A stretch of 36,014 nucleotides of DNA. Origin: Choristocarpus tenellus KU-1152 (Eukaryota; Protista; Phaeophyceae). The stretch lies in NCBI GenBank assembly GCA_964200185.2, contig CAXNAD020000047.1:1-36014 (forward strand), given 5' to 3'. How positions within the stretch are numbered: position 1 is the stretch's first letter; each line of letters opens with the position of its first letter. The translations under genes and the position numbers were made by a program. Positions 1 through 13,900 of the stretch are shown here, piece by piece. The notes beneath the pieces are model-generated. The model was given only the letters and a program-made list of their open reading frames with translations, searched no databases and had not been told where the DNA came from.

Positions 1-178
1 CATCACTGGGTGGGGCTCACCAATCCTTACACTGAATGACTCAGAATACCAAATGACTCAACAGTTCTCTAGTATACATCAGAAACACCCTGACCCTAAC
101 AGTCCGCCAATTACTTCTGGTCAAATACCCTAAATATCCCAAATGTCCGCATTATTCTCTGTGCGTACATAAGATAAT

Positions 179-346
179 ACTTCAAATCATATTATCACAA
201 ATGGTCAAGCATAATCTTGACACACTCCCCTGCTCTGACTATGCAGTGAGAATCAAATCAGTCCAACAACAAACCCCAGCTTGAAATCACTCAATCTGCA
301 CACTTCAAATCTTATTCCCACACATGGACAAGCAAAAATCTTGACA
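179..346 (+). repeat. Degenerate ~45-bp direct repeat, ~123 bp spacing
   Basis: ACTTCAAATCATATTATCACAAATGGTCAAGCATAATCTTGACA (179-222) versus ACTTCAAATCTTATTCCCACACATGGACAAGCAAAAATCTTGACA (302-346); about 38/45 identical by eye. Confidence 0.65.
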
Positions 347-1987
347 GGAGAGGCTCATGATAACAATTAAATGTACGCCCATTTCAGTGTTGTACCTTCA
401 GTAAAAAAAAAGAGCAATACGCTGCAATCATAGATGCTACAAGAGTTCATGCCTCTGGTGATGGAGAAAGACCGCAGAGCAGAAGTAGATCTTTGTCAAA
501 TTTTGTACCTCAAGAGGGACCCCATTCCAGTTGGGGGGACCTTTTTCTGCCTCTTTGATACATGCCACTCTACACAATTTGTTCAAACTAATGAAAAAAA
601 TTGTCAATTTAACTACCAAAATTTCTTCCAGTTCACAACACTAAAGAATGATTTTTAATTTTTTTATGTAGGGGACCTTGCACAGGTGTTATTGTATGAG
701 TGGACGAAAAAAATATTGTGATCTCCATCTTGCCTCCAATGTCCCTCCAATAATGAGCCTTCACTTTGAGCAAGTAAGAACAGGTGAGTGGAAGTGAAGA
801 TCTCATAGCTCATACGTACCCACATATACATTAAAAAAAGCTAAAGGATTTCAAAAAAAAAAATGTACGGTCTCAGTCTCTCAAGACAAAATCTGAATTG
901 AAAAACTGCACTTCCAGCACGTACCTGTATTGGAGGAATTTCACTTCTTCTCGTAACAATAGGCTTGCATTGTCTGTGCAGTAGTCTAGAGTGATAGCTT
1001 GGGTATTTTGCCAACATGGTCCTAATGATTTACAAAAGTAAGTCAAGCTTGCTGAAATATACAAAAACCCTCATTGTTGCTCTCAAGGTGACGAGTTTTG
1101 TTTGGCTCCATACTATGTGTATTCAGCACTCAGTACTCATGGAGGGACCTTCATGGGGTGGGAGTACCAAAGATGGGGTGAAGACTGCCTTGATCCCATT
1201 AATGAAATCAGTTCCCTTGCAGGCACTTGGGTGACCTTTTTCCCCTGAACGGTAGGTTTTGGTCCTATCACATAAATTTCTAAATTCAAAAGTTGCTATG
1301 AAGCTTGTGTAGACTTCCCACACCTGCAGAGATGCACTAATCAGCTTAATCCAACACAATACAAAGCAGTAGGTGCTGGCTGAGCAGAGTATACCAAGAA
1401 ACTGAAGAAAACAATCTAACACATGTGCCACCAGTCCACTACATACACACATGACATACATGTTTCTACATGTATCCATGCAACTGTGATGCTAGGACCA
1501 CAATTGTACATACTAAGGACAGGAAGTCACAGGATGTACACGTCTAATGAGATAAAATAAAGTGCGACTGATTACCCCTTCATAGCTGCTCCTCCATCAG
1601 GTTTGATTATTATCTATGCCATCAGAACTCACTCTTTTTTCATGATACTGTAAAGTACCAAATGAAAATTTTGACTGAATATTCCAAGAAATTCATGGCC
1701 TTAGCAACCAACCAAATAGAACATGCTCACCATGGAAAGATTCCATGAAAATGAATGCAACAAGTTGCATCTCATGAAGTTACAATAAGAAAGGAGGGAC
1801 ACAAATCCAATGATTTTCTACCACCAATAGCAAACACTTGAGACCCACAGTAACAGCACAGGCATTTAAGCAACACATTGTAAGATGGCCAGCAAAGAAA
1901 CATCATATTCCTAACTCAAAACACCAAAATGGAACAACAGTCACACATCCAAACATAATGATATTATCCAAAAATATTAGAACCACT

Positions 1988-4900
1988 CTACTTGCCATTG
2001 CTTGTGTTCCGTCTCTTGTGGTCGTGCCCATCTTCTGCCTCTTTTGACATCTCCCGAGAATGTCCTTTCCCACCCACATAACTCTTCTTGGTGCTATGAC
2101 ATGTTTGCTTCCCCATTACAGGATGAACCAAAGTCATCCTTGCCCCGTGGTGTTCAGCACTGTTGACCACATCAACATGAACCCTCACTGTAGGGATAGG
2201 GGTGACAGAAAGATATATTAATAATGCATCACCTGTACACTGATTCTTACAATTATTAATCAAAACGGAAAAAATTCTCTCCTTTGAAGCCAAGGTTATC
2301 CTGAATGCTGGGTCCAGTACATGTCAGGGTCAGACCAGGCAAATACACAGATTCTGAGACAATGTTCCAGCAGGGGGGATTCGTTTGGTTGAGGGACCTG
2401 AGGTTGCTGAAGCTTTATTAGGGTATGGTTGCCACATCTCCACGAGGTCAGCACGCATGTACGGTGTGTCACTCTGCAATGGAAAGAGGTGTTGACAGGT
2501 GCAAGTTCAACATCGAGGATCTTCAGCAGGATCTGGGGTCTTCTTTGAGGAAGGCCCTGCTGTGCAGTATGCTTGTTTCCTCTTCTTAACCTTCCCAAGA
2601 ATGGAGGTACAAGTTGTTACTATACAAAAAGGACCCATTATCTTGCACAACATCTGCATCGCATGTTACATTACTATATATTACTACGACAGGAGTTGGA
2701 TGAACAGAAGCTCAACCTTCTGTGGTAAGGAATGGAACACTAAGGCTACAGCACGTCTGGAATGGGGTGACCAACATGTGAGGGTGTCATGTGTGGAGGA
2801 GTTCCTGATGCCTAGCAATGGTATTGGGGATATTGGTGTCAGAACTGGAGTTGTGTCCTAGACTGTTGTAAATGGGGGGTGTCATTGCGTTCTCAAAGGA
2901 GACTTACCAGAGGGGGGACCTGGAACTGGAGTTGACATCTGTACTAGAGAGTTGGTATGGGAAATATTCAGTCTTAACTCACTCTCCACAGATGTAGGAG
3001 TGGCCAATGTGCATAATGTGACAAAAAGAGCCCTGAAGATTATTGAATTAGGCTAGATACTACTAAAAGTAAATGCTTGCTACAGGATCCAGGGTATAAT
3101 GACAAACATTAATAACTTGAGTTTGACAAATATGGTGGAATATGGGGACATAAGACCTTGTTATCTATATTCTGAATGGCTTATCTGATTCTTGGACACA
3201 CACCACAAACATTGGGTCATTATCCTCATAATGATAATTACCCGGCAACTCCAGCAGCATTGTGGTCATTAAAAAATACAGCATTTTGAGTGTTGTGTGA
3301 AGAATCAGTGGTTTTTCTGTCCTTGGAAGTGACAGGTCTTACTGGAGGTCCACCAAGTTCACGTTTTAGTTTAAATATTCTTGGTTGTGGGCTCACGTAG
3401 TTCTAGTTATGTTTTGCTGTATGTTCTTTTGATGTGAAAATGCAGGATTAGGATTAGGTTTTATAACTGTCATTTGTTAAACTTCCACTTTTCCAACCTG
3501 TCTTGGTATCATGTTTGGCTTTGGACATGTTGTAGACCCTGATTGGAGTTTTCTTTTGGGTATCATTGTATTATTACATTTGAATGACCTGAGGCCACCC
3601 AATTTATCAAAAATAGTCAAGTGTATGCTGCAGGTCTGCAAGGGAAGAGAATCCTTGCACCAGTAGACCAAACCTGGCCCTCACCTCAGGCACAGTTTGA
3701 GATTAAACTTGGAGTATTCTGCAACATCAGTGGTTCCTACAAAGTCATCATTTACATGGTATGTATATCATTACCATCTGATATTAGGGTCAGGAATGAT
3801 GACGAGCCTCACACATGCATAAGACCTATAGAAAGCGCAGCTATCAATTTGACCAGACACCATATTTTACACTGGGGATTGTTTGCCCTCTGTGTGGAGG
3901 TCAAACTCACCTTTATCCAACACCTGGACACTCGTTTCAGGCGCAGTCTCCACAGTTAAGGGAGGCAAGTACCTCAGCTTCAGCTTCTCCACATCAAATA
4001 AAAACTCACCATCACCTGCATCAAGCTTGATCTGGTGATCAGAGCAAAGCAAATGAATCCAGACAGTTTGTAACTGAAGTCTTCCGGCATCTCAATGATA
4101 CTACAGAGTACAAAGTAAGCACTTACCAAGTGTGGGGCTGTATCATGGAGCAGATTAAGGCACTACTTCCAAAATACCTTGCAATGTTTGCCTGTTTCTG
4201 ATCACTAATTCTCATTACACTAAATGGTTGCCCTTGATCCTTATTTTGTCTATGATACAGATGTTAACCAACTATGAATACAGCATTTTCTCTTTCAACA
4301 CCCTTCACCCCTCTTTGTCATTAAAGAACATTTCACCAAACTTAGAGTGATCTTGTGTGTTTTCCCCCGGCAAATATTCAGTCCTAGTAATGATCTCTTT
4401 GACAGACCTCAGAATATGCAGCAAAAGTAGGTATTATAGTGTAGAGACTAATTATGGTTAAATAAAGGTCATGTATTTAGTTAAACAATCAAGCGTGCAA
4501 TTGAAAGGTTTCAATTTGTCAACAGGTTCATGTCCACATCACACACTCTGCTTCAAAACCTGTTAGAGCACTTGGTACTCACTTCACATCATGTACATGT
4601 ACCTTGCCTCATATACGCATCTCTAGTTTGTAAACTTTGAGTCAATCTAATCAAATCAAATACCTTCAAGCCAAGTAAAAACAATAACAAATGATTTCAA
4701 ACTTTTACACTGAAATATGTGGTGTTTACTGTGCAGCAGTTGGCTACCAAGCTAACTCACCGTCCCCTCTATCCCAAATCGTGGCACAATGACTGTCAGT
4801 TTTGACATATCCACCGTGAGCACGTAAGCATTTTCTTCCGTTGGGTTCTGTTCAAAGTACAGTTCTGTATGCAGAGCCACTGAAGCTCTTCCTATCAATT

Positions 4901-7900
4901 GTAAGAGAAAACTTTGTTGTGAACATGACCAGACAAAAAGAAAAAAGTAACATGTAAAGTAACATGTCTAGCCAACGAAGTGGTGACAGTAGACCCAACA
5001 AATTAGTTACTGCTTGAGGAACTTAAAGGAAATGAGGTGCTACCGATGCATTAACAGGTACAATCTTTTGAATGACCCTTGCATAAGCTCTCATTTCTTA
5101 TTGGCAATGTCACATTTCAACTTGAAATTCATTAAAGCATCTGTTTTACAGGTCTTTTTTTATGATTGATTGTATGTAATGGATTTTGAATCGTGCTGAT
5201 TCACAGGTGATGAGGTGTGTGCAATGTCATGAGGAGAAACTGGAATACACCATAAGAAAAAACATGACTATAGTATATTCCAGGGGGAAAGATGTGTTCT
5301 TGAAGGCATCCACTAGGGTCTGTAATACAATCTGCTTTGTCTAGGTCAGTAGATACAACTCTTTGAATCTACAAAACAATGTATACTTGTATGTACATTA
5401 CATTCTCATCCAGAATGGTACTATCATCAGCAGTATGAAGTATCACAAGTAAGTTAATAATAAATTGAAAAAAACAATTTTGAGGCTACTCTAACACTAA
5501 GTACCAACCTGTCCCAAAAATTACATACTTAAATAGGTGAAGGATAAAAAGATGTAACAGATTCTTGGATTTCCTAGTTAAGCAGATCAGAACATTCTCT
5601 ATATAGTATGATGAGAATGCACTTTCAGCAGTAAGTTAATTATGTCCTGGAGTATACCAACCCTTGACATTCAGAATTAGATCACGTGCAAATCATTGCA
5701 TCAAAAGAAAGACAACTTTATCAAGGAACACTGCACATCCAACAATTACTTTTTTCTTACACACCAGCTTCAGTCTTGAACATGCTTTAAGTAAAATATT
5801 TGAAGGGTATACCCCTGGGGATTTCAGATATTTTCTGTTGCTAGACTAGTCCATCACATTTTTTAGTATGGAGGGCGAACATTGGTGGTGCTCACCTGCA
5901 AGCTGGGCTGCTCTATGGCGCCGATTCATGTTCTCTGTCAGGTCGTGTAAGTGTGCCTGCAGGAGTATATAATTGAGAAGACCGTTACATATGGAACTCA
6001 GTGACACCAGAAGCAACATCAAAAAGGCATGTATTATTGAGATAACTATATACCTTATCCATGAGGAAGGTTGGTAATGGTGCCACACCAATCGCAGCAC
6101 CAAGCAGGCGATGTACACAGATATCGGCATAGCGACGGATGGGACTTGTGAAATGTGTGTAGACAGGGGCAGCAAGACCATAGTGGTGCCACTCATCTTG
6201 TGACTTTTCTCCAGAGCAGAAGTATTGTGCAGGCATCATGCACCTGTGGTGGAGAAACAATCTCAAATGAGCCACATTGCAACCACATCTCGCATAAAAC
6301 TTATGTGGCCTGAAAATCAAATATGTGTAGAAGGTGGGAACAGAAGGCAAGAAGTGTGTACAAAAGACTTATCTGACTTGAGGAAGGCTTACATCTCCTC
6401 CTCATGGAAGGCTACTGAAAGACCTTCCCAACACAAAGTGTATTCAATAGGTACAGGTACAGAGCGATTTGAGTCTCACAGCAGGTCAGGAAATGTAGAA
6501 AAAATGTATTAATATTACAGTTGATTTGAAATGGTTGCAGGGCATCCCACATGACAAGGCAGAATATTTTGAGTCACCTTGTACTGAGAATGCGCAACAA
6601 CTTATTGAAGTAAGGGTCTTCATCCCTCACTGCCTCATCCAGTGAATCAGCTAGCTTCTTCGAGTCATCAACTTCAAGCTTAACCCCTACAGCCTCTGCA
6701 GTGGAGAGAAGTCCTTCGAACTGTTGCCTTGATGGAGCAGGGTGCCGCCGCAGAACTGACAAAGTAGGGAAGTGCCTGTGGTGAGAAAACGTGCAACAGG
6801 ACTTGAGTCCACACAACAGGACTCTCTCCAAGTGGGAAACACCATTTCTCATGTTTGAACTGTGTACTCCACAGTTAGAAGTGTGCAGTTATCTCCACTT
6901 TCAAGTGCAGATCTGAATTGAGGTCTTTAAATTCTGTCAGGTATTTTAGTGTACAGTGTGTCTTTCATATCGAGGTACAACTTATGGTAATTCAAATGAG
7001 TGTACATGTGGAAAAAACACCAGAATTCGTGAACACCATCTGAGAGTGTGAGGTGTCATGTGACAAATTGACAGGCCAAAATAAAATTGCAAGCAACTGT
7101 TGACCTTCCAGGCAATTAAAAGAGCAAATACAAGTAGCATCTTTGACATATTTTCTATACTTAGAACAGTAGGAACTAGTTGAAATACCAGATGAACCAT
7201 CTCTTTGTTTTCACAAGATGGTTGAGAAGTAACTACAGGGTCTTGAAAGTCATGAAGGATGCAATAGTGGGGCATCTATATCCAACAAAATACAATACCA
7301 GAAAAAATTCAAATGAAAGATAGGCCTAACAGAACATCTAACGAAGCACCAGTCCCACTCTTTTGAAGTGGTTCACAGTAAAATACCCACTCAGATATTG
7401 TCAACTAGGCCAAACATATGTAGGCAAATGAACCAATTCGCATGAAATCTCTATGGGAGGCATGGATTGTATCTCTTTCACATTCTTAAGTAAGATTAGA
7501 TCCAATCAAGGGTGACCCACAGTGCCCAACGTTTTCAGTTCACCTTAGTATTTTTTTTCCCACTGTAATGTTGGCCAGCAACATGAATTCCTCAACAAGC
7601 GCATTGGCCTCCTTCAAAGCATACATTTGCACATCAGTGGGGTTCTGACTTTCACTGTCCAGAACAAAACGAACCTGTCAAACAGGTCATCACAAGGTGG
7701 AGGAAGTAAACAAGGGCGAGGGTAAAAGCTCTCGGTACACTAAAAAGTCTAGGAAGGGGTGCCCTTTACCAAAATTAACAGTGTACAGAACAGGAATGAA
7801 TAAAGAACTTCCGCATCCCACAAAAAGCCCACCTCTGGGGAAGCCAGTGTTAGGGCTCCAGCATCAAGCCTTCGTTTCCGGAAAACCTTTGCCAGATCAT

Positions 7901-10900
7901 TGAGTCGTCTTACGCTCTGTGCCTTGATATCATTGGTGTTGGGATTATCAAGCATCAACTGTGCCTCGTTGTATGTTAGAGATGCCACGCTATGTATTAT
8001 CGACTTGCAGAAGTCAGCCTTGATTATCTCACCAGAACAGGTCATCTCCCAGATAACACTAAATGCAAACCTGTGGTGGAATGTTGTAAGTCAGCTTCAC
8101 ATACAACAGGTTGTTGTAATAATGCAAGATCAGACACATTTTGGGTAGAACACATTGAGCAGTCTACTATTTGCCCTGTGTGAGGTCAAAAGTTTTACTT
8201 CAAGGAGGTACAGGCATAAAAATATACCTATCAACATTTGCCCGAAGTGAGCACAGTGTTTCTGTGAGCAAGCCTGGCAACATATCCAGGCGTCGCTCAA
8301 CAAGGTATGTGGAGGTACTACGTAGAGCTGCTTCTTCATCCATAGCAGATCCCGCTTCCACAAAATAGGTCACATCGGCAATGTGCACTCCCACCTACTT
8401 CGGAAGTATAGAGATCATTGGGACAGTCTGGTCGATTGATGCAGCTTCAACAAAGTAAAGGGGAAACTGTAGGTTTATTTGGGCGGTGAGGTAAAGATAA
8501 AACCACTGTTCGAAGTGTACCATGACATAATAATTACCATACTTCAACAAATAGTTCAGAAAACAGTACACTTCATCTTGAAGACTGCAGATGGTGACTA
8601 ACCAGTGAGAAGCTTCCATAGATAAGAACTGTACACTGATGTGACATGTACAAGAGCCCTTTCCACAGTCCACAAGGCTTGACAGTGCAGTATGTTGAAG
8701 ACAAGTTGGACATTCCTTGAGACAGCATCATTGCCCAAACAAGTACAGGTAGAATCTACATACATTCACAATAGCTACATCCTAAGGTAATTCAATTCCT
8801 GGGGTTCCGATGGGGATTTTGATTTTGAAAGTATGGTGTGTGTGGCCTTTTCATTGGTAAGCAGAAGCGACCTATTCATCAATTCCCTGATTGGGTATTA
8901 CAGGATACTACAAGACACCTTTGCACATGATCTGGTATACCTCCATTTGATGAACACCTACACGTCAGTCACAGAATTCTTGCAAAATGTATGCACAAAT
9001 CATACCCATGATGCAGATGTTTCCATCTGCTCTTTGGTTCTCATTTGGAGGCTCCACAAAAAAAAATCATTCACCAGGTCAAACAGGAGCGTTCTTGACC
9101 AACATCCTTGGTAATGAACAATACCCTCCAAGAGTTGTCCCATCATTGCACAATTCTTGATGAAAGCAGAATGCTTGCCTACTTAAATAGGAAGAGACAA
9201 ACCACCTACATGCACACATCAACGCTCTGTACTGAGTACAGTGTTGGAGCAAATCATTTACTGTCCCTCTCTTATGTTTATCGGGAGCAATCAGAAGGAT
9301 ATGACATGTAACATGTGACATTAGACAAAAGTAGGACCATATTGAAGCACTGAAAGGTGTCTAAATCCCAAACATTTCAAGCCAAAAACAACAGTCAAAT
9401 TATGGAGGATTGGGACCCTCACCTGCTTTGTTATGGATATCATTTCTCTAGACGATCATGAAGGAGAAATTATTAATATACTCTGGAGTATAAAATAAGG
9501 TACTGTGCAAACATGCTCTCGTAAAATTGGAGAGTATGCGCCTACTTGAACCACAGTTCTAATCCATGTGGCATCAGTCTCAAAAAATTAGAAGAAATTG
9601 ATATGTTTCTTCACAGGTACCACAATGCATAAATCGTATCGAGCACAAATCACCACTGGAGTACACACCATCAGCCTACAACAAACTTGACTTACGCTAT
9701 GAGTAACACATAAACAGGCTGGCACATGATAACTGAAAATATCCTAAACTGAGTGAGACTATACGACTATAGAATATTGTATTGCAATGACCTTCACTAA
9801 CAATTAGAGTTCTTGATAGAAACATACTTTGAAGAACAAATAAATGTAGATGCTTAAAGGACATTACATTTTCTGACTTTTAGACATGGTCAAGAAAGTG
9901 GTATTCCAGTATGTAAACATCATCATTCACAAAATAATATAAATACATGGATTGTTTTGCTCTGGTACAACTGCAATCTATATAGCAGGGGAGAGAGTCC
10001 AAAGCATTAAGGATGCCACCAGCAGGAAGAGCATCACTGCATAAGGCATAAACTTCAAACATACATTGTGAAATATACAATACCAGTTTGGCATCCATGA
10101 CAAGGAACATACCAAAATCTGTGACCCTCTTGAGGAACATTTCAACGCACCTCAATATTACCATTTTCCAGTGTGCGAGCATGTAGGGCATCATCAATAT
10201 CCTTGCACCCTGGAGGGTCAATACTCAGCACTGGCAAATGCCGAAGGTCTTTCCTTCCCAGAGAATTAGCAGCAGTGATAGCCCAATCATTGGGCGGGAG
10301 ACAAGCTATCACCTTCCCAGAAAAACTCTCATGGGGTATATCATGCTCCATGAGAATCATCTGCAATAAGGGTAGACATACACAAAAGAGTTTCAAATGT
10401 GAGCAGTACATCAAGTAACTAGAATTTCACCCCATACCACAATATTTTAGCTACAGTAGATGACAAGCAATTCCATAGGTACAGCAAATGCTTAACAAGT
10501 ACACTATAGTCATTCTGAGCAGCCAAAACCTTGTGTGGAGTTGTCAATTGCATGTCTCATGGAGTCTAGATGCATTGAATAGTTACATGCTAGAGTGAAG
10601 TCCTAAAGTCAACTTGAAGACCAAGGAACACAGATTCAACTATCACATGCCCAATTTTTGTGCTGATGTAGAATACTTACTGATACTATAAACTGATTTC
10701 CTCAATCGCAGTAAATTTACTAAAACTCAAGTTTTCACAAGTATGAAATGCATTTACACTTGAAGTAGTGGCAGGAGTGCCTACCTCGGTCTCTGTTGCC
10801 TTTTCTCCCTTCTCTCCCACAGTCTTCACATAATGTCCAGTGGGATATCTGTTCTTGCACATGACAGGAAACGGTTTACTAGAGCTAAGGATGTCTGGGC

Positions 10901-13900
10901 ATGAACAATTATTTACAGTAATTGAACAAAATTAGAAAAATAAAAGACCTCCATGGTTATGGGTTGCATTCATTACACCACTTGTTACTTGTGTAAATCG
11001 AGTTCTTAGCAACAATTATTTCCAAATTGAAATCTTCTTACCTTGACCAAGCTGGCCAGGAGTCCATTGCCACAAGTATGCGTTTGTTCCTCAGAGCTGC
11101 CCGTTGACGGGTCTGAATTCGAACCCATGGGATCTGAAAAAAAATTAAATGTTGAGGTTGGTCTGTGCTATTTAACCCTCCCTCAACATCATCCAAATAT
11201 TTTGCGAGGCACATTACCACTCAGTTCCACGCCTTAGGTTAGCCTAACATGCTACAACATGGAACATTCTGACACCGTATCTAGAAAAAGAAGTATGTTG
11301 GGGACACCGCACAAGGGTCCTATTGCCTGATGTCATTATACTAACACTCTTATGCACTATTCAAATCGGTACACAATTTTGATCTTGTAGGAAGGTGGTT
11401 GATTCTCCATTTGACTGAAAGAGTCAGTCCACCACAACCACATACAGGTCCATTCTCATCACTCTCATCCAACCACTTTCACTTACTCCCACTTATCTAC
11501 CCACCTTTTTGTCTACCGGCACAAAGAGAGCACTTGTGCTTTGTCCATTGCCACTTGTCACCACCCTATCTCCCTCATCCTTCAGACTCCCACAATACTG
11601 TTTTTCCCGCCAATGTCTTCGGATAATACCCACCACCCTTCCACATGGTTGTTTAGCAGTTGTGCTCGAGAGGTTCTGGAGCTTCTCTGTATCCTCTATA
11701 GCTGGCTGTGCAGTGATATCAGGCACCAGTGTGTCACTGCTCTCTGCATTCTCAGTGTTGCTATCCTCAAGATTATCCTGTTACATAGCAGTAAAGATTA
11801 TCTCAGTTTTTGTATGAATCTATTGAGTATTGTTATTAATATCACTCAAGGGATATATGCATTGTTCACATATTGAATCAAACTTGGACAGAAGAACATC
11901 ATATGCCAGAACCCAAGGATGAACCCATGTACATCAATCAATTCCATACCTTCCTTGCGTGAGAGCACTATGTGGAGGTGCATTAGTAAATCATTGGCAT
12001 GTTTGCTACCCTTGATATTTTCTCAAGATGCTCTATAATCCTAACACACACTGAATACCCTCACCTTTAACTTGGTGTCAGTGTCACCGTCTCGAGAAAA
12101 CCACTGGGCCTCAGGGAGTAGCTCAAAAGCCACAATGTCACCATCGACACCCCTGTTGATACATTCTGCACCTCTGATGTAAACAGCAATGCGTTCATAT
12201 TCCTGGAAACCACAGAGAGAATATAGAAGGTAAAAATTATTCAGGAAACATGCACACCATGAAACTCTTTTGGCTACTCAGTCTTCTGGTTGAGATGTTG
12301 ATGTGTGTAGAATTTTGGTGTTATGATATGCAAACCTAGTCTAAGTCGCAAATCTTTGGTCTCAGCAGTGGGTCAGCAAAACGGAGGCAGTAGCCTCATG
12401 ATGCCACAAACTAAATGAGGGGATACAGAGATACAGAAAATAACACACCACTAAACAAGCCAATTTCATGGACTCATAACTCTGTAGTACGTACAAAAGA
12501 GATAGGCAGAAGGGGGACAGGAGGAATTTGCATCTCTACTTAATGAAGTTGCAAGCCCAAGTAAGAGGTAACATTGATAAGACCCTTACCAACAAACCAA
12601 ACAGAACACAGTGTGTGCTTTTCTCACTGTAATTTCTGAGAAACAAGTGTATTGAAGACAACTTTCACAAACCTGCATCCCTTGTGCAACAACGTAACAT
12701 TTGTTTGAGCTTCCACGTTCTGCCCGCAAAGTGCCTTGAAAGAACCTGACAGCACACAATAAATTAAATATTCCAGTATGAAGTGAAACCATTTAATGCA
12801 GGCATGTGTGGAAAAGTGTTAAGGTGTTAATCAAGCATGTCTTGATTCAATAACGAAAAGGCTCTGTATTACTATTAATAGTGATATGTGAGCTAAGGCG
12901 CATCCTACCTTAGACATAGGTGGTCTACTTTTACGACCTCTACACATACATGTAGATGTGTGCTGTGTTTTGGATCTCTAAACAGGGGGGCAGTCGGTAA
13001 TCTGCTCCTTCAAGCCCTCATTCCTATATTTTGACCCAGTAAAAAAATTACACTATTAAAACCCAGATCCTCATTGAAAATAACATTCTGGGTCATACCA
13101 GCTTTTAAGAAACATAAAATAGTCATAAATATGCTGTGTTGATGCTCTAGTGTCTTTGCAGACATGAAACTACACACCTTCCCTACCATCCCTTTGTGTA
13201 GAACAGATTTTTCAACTGGACCTGGCAACAAGGTTTTGTGCAGGCAACAGATGACTCTTTGCTTCGTTCTCTTCAACCTTCATGGCAATTTGTCAGGTAG
13301 AAACTCTTCCTGGTGATGTCTTTGCCTGATGTGATGTAGAGACACAAACCCTTCCCAAAAATAACTTGGTAAAATGCCAGTCCTTACAGTAAACAGCACC
13401 ATGCAAATCACATGCACCTGTACATTTACTGTCTTCAACTATAATTTTGAAACTGTTCTGTAGGTACTAATCCACTGATCAAAACAACCCATACAAACAA
13501 GTGTAGTTCCCAGCTCAATCCACAGGACAATACTGATTCTAAATGAGACTTTTCATCCCACACACACCAGGCACCTATATTGTTACACTTGGAATGGAGT
13601 GGTTTAGTGCTGAGGGCATCTATGCCTGCAATAGTCTAGCCTAACTAAACTGGGGTAGATTGGGTCTAGGTAAAGATGGATGTCTCCACATCCTCCCCCA
13701 CCATAAAATATTCAAGAACAAAAGTTTGATGAAGTCATGTAAAATCTTTTGGGCCACCACTGGCGCCACTGCACTATAGAGGCTCCTGCCATGATAGAAC
13801 AGCAAGGTCCCTCCACTTCCACATAAAATTCTAGATGCCTCAAACATCCCAAACCAATCTCATGGCTTGATCCATGCCCACTAACCAGAGGAATACAACT

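Noticed and set aside
672-783. Plus-strand AG...GTGAGT bounded open segment
   Set aside because: No partner exons or protein similarity evident.
1123-1324. Minus-strand exon-like frame after TCTCTGCAG| (VWEVYTSF...STEC*)
   Set aside because: No recognisable homology. It lies past the DIS3 stop and is phase 0, whereas the last DIS3 donor is phase 1.
2490-2619. Alternative phase-1 terminal exon for DIS3 ([15 protein letters not shown]...)
   Set aside because: 2187-1988 gives the expected S1 strand DKVRVHV; this segment does not.
4944-4967. 12-bp tandem duplication, and a 14-bp repeat at 29217-29249
   Set aside because: Ordinary slippage duplications with no array structure; not CRISPR-like.
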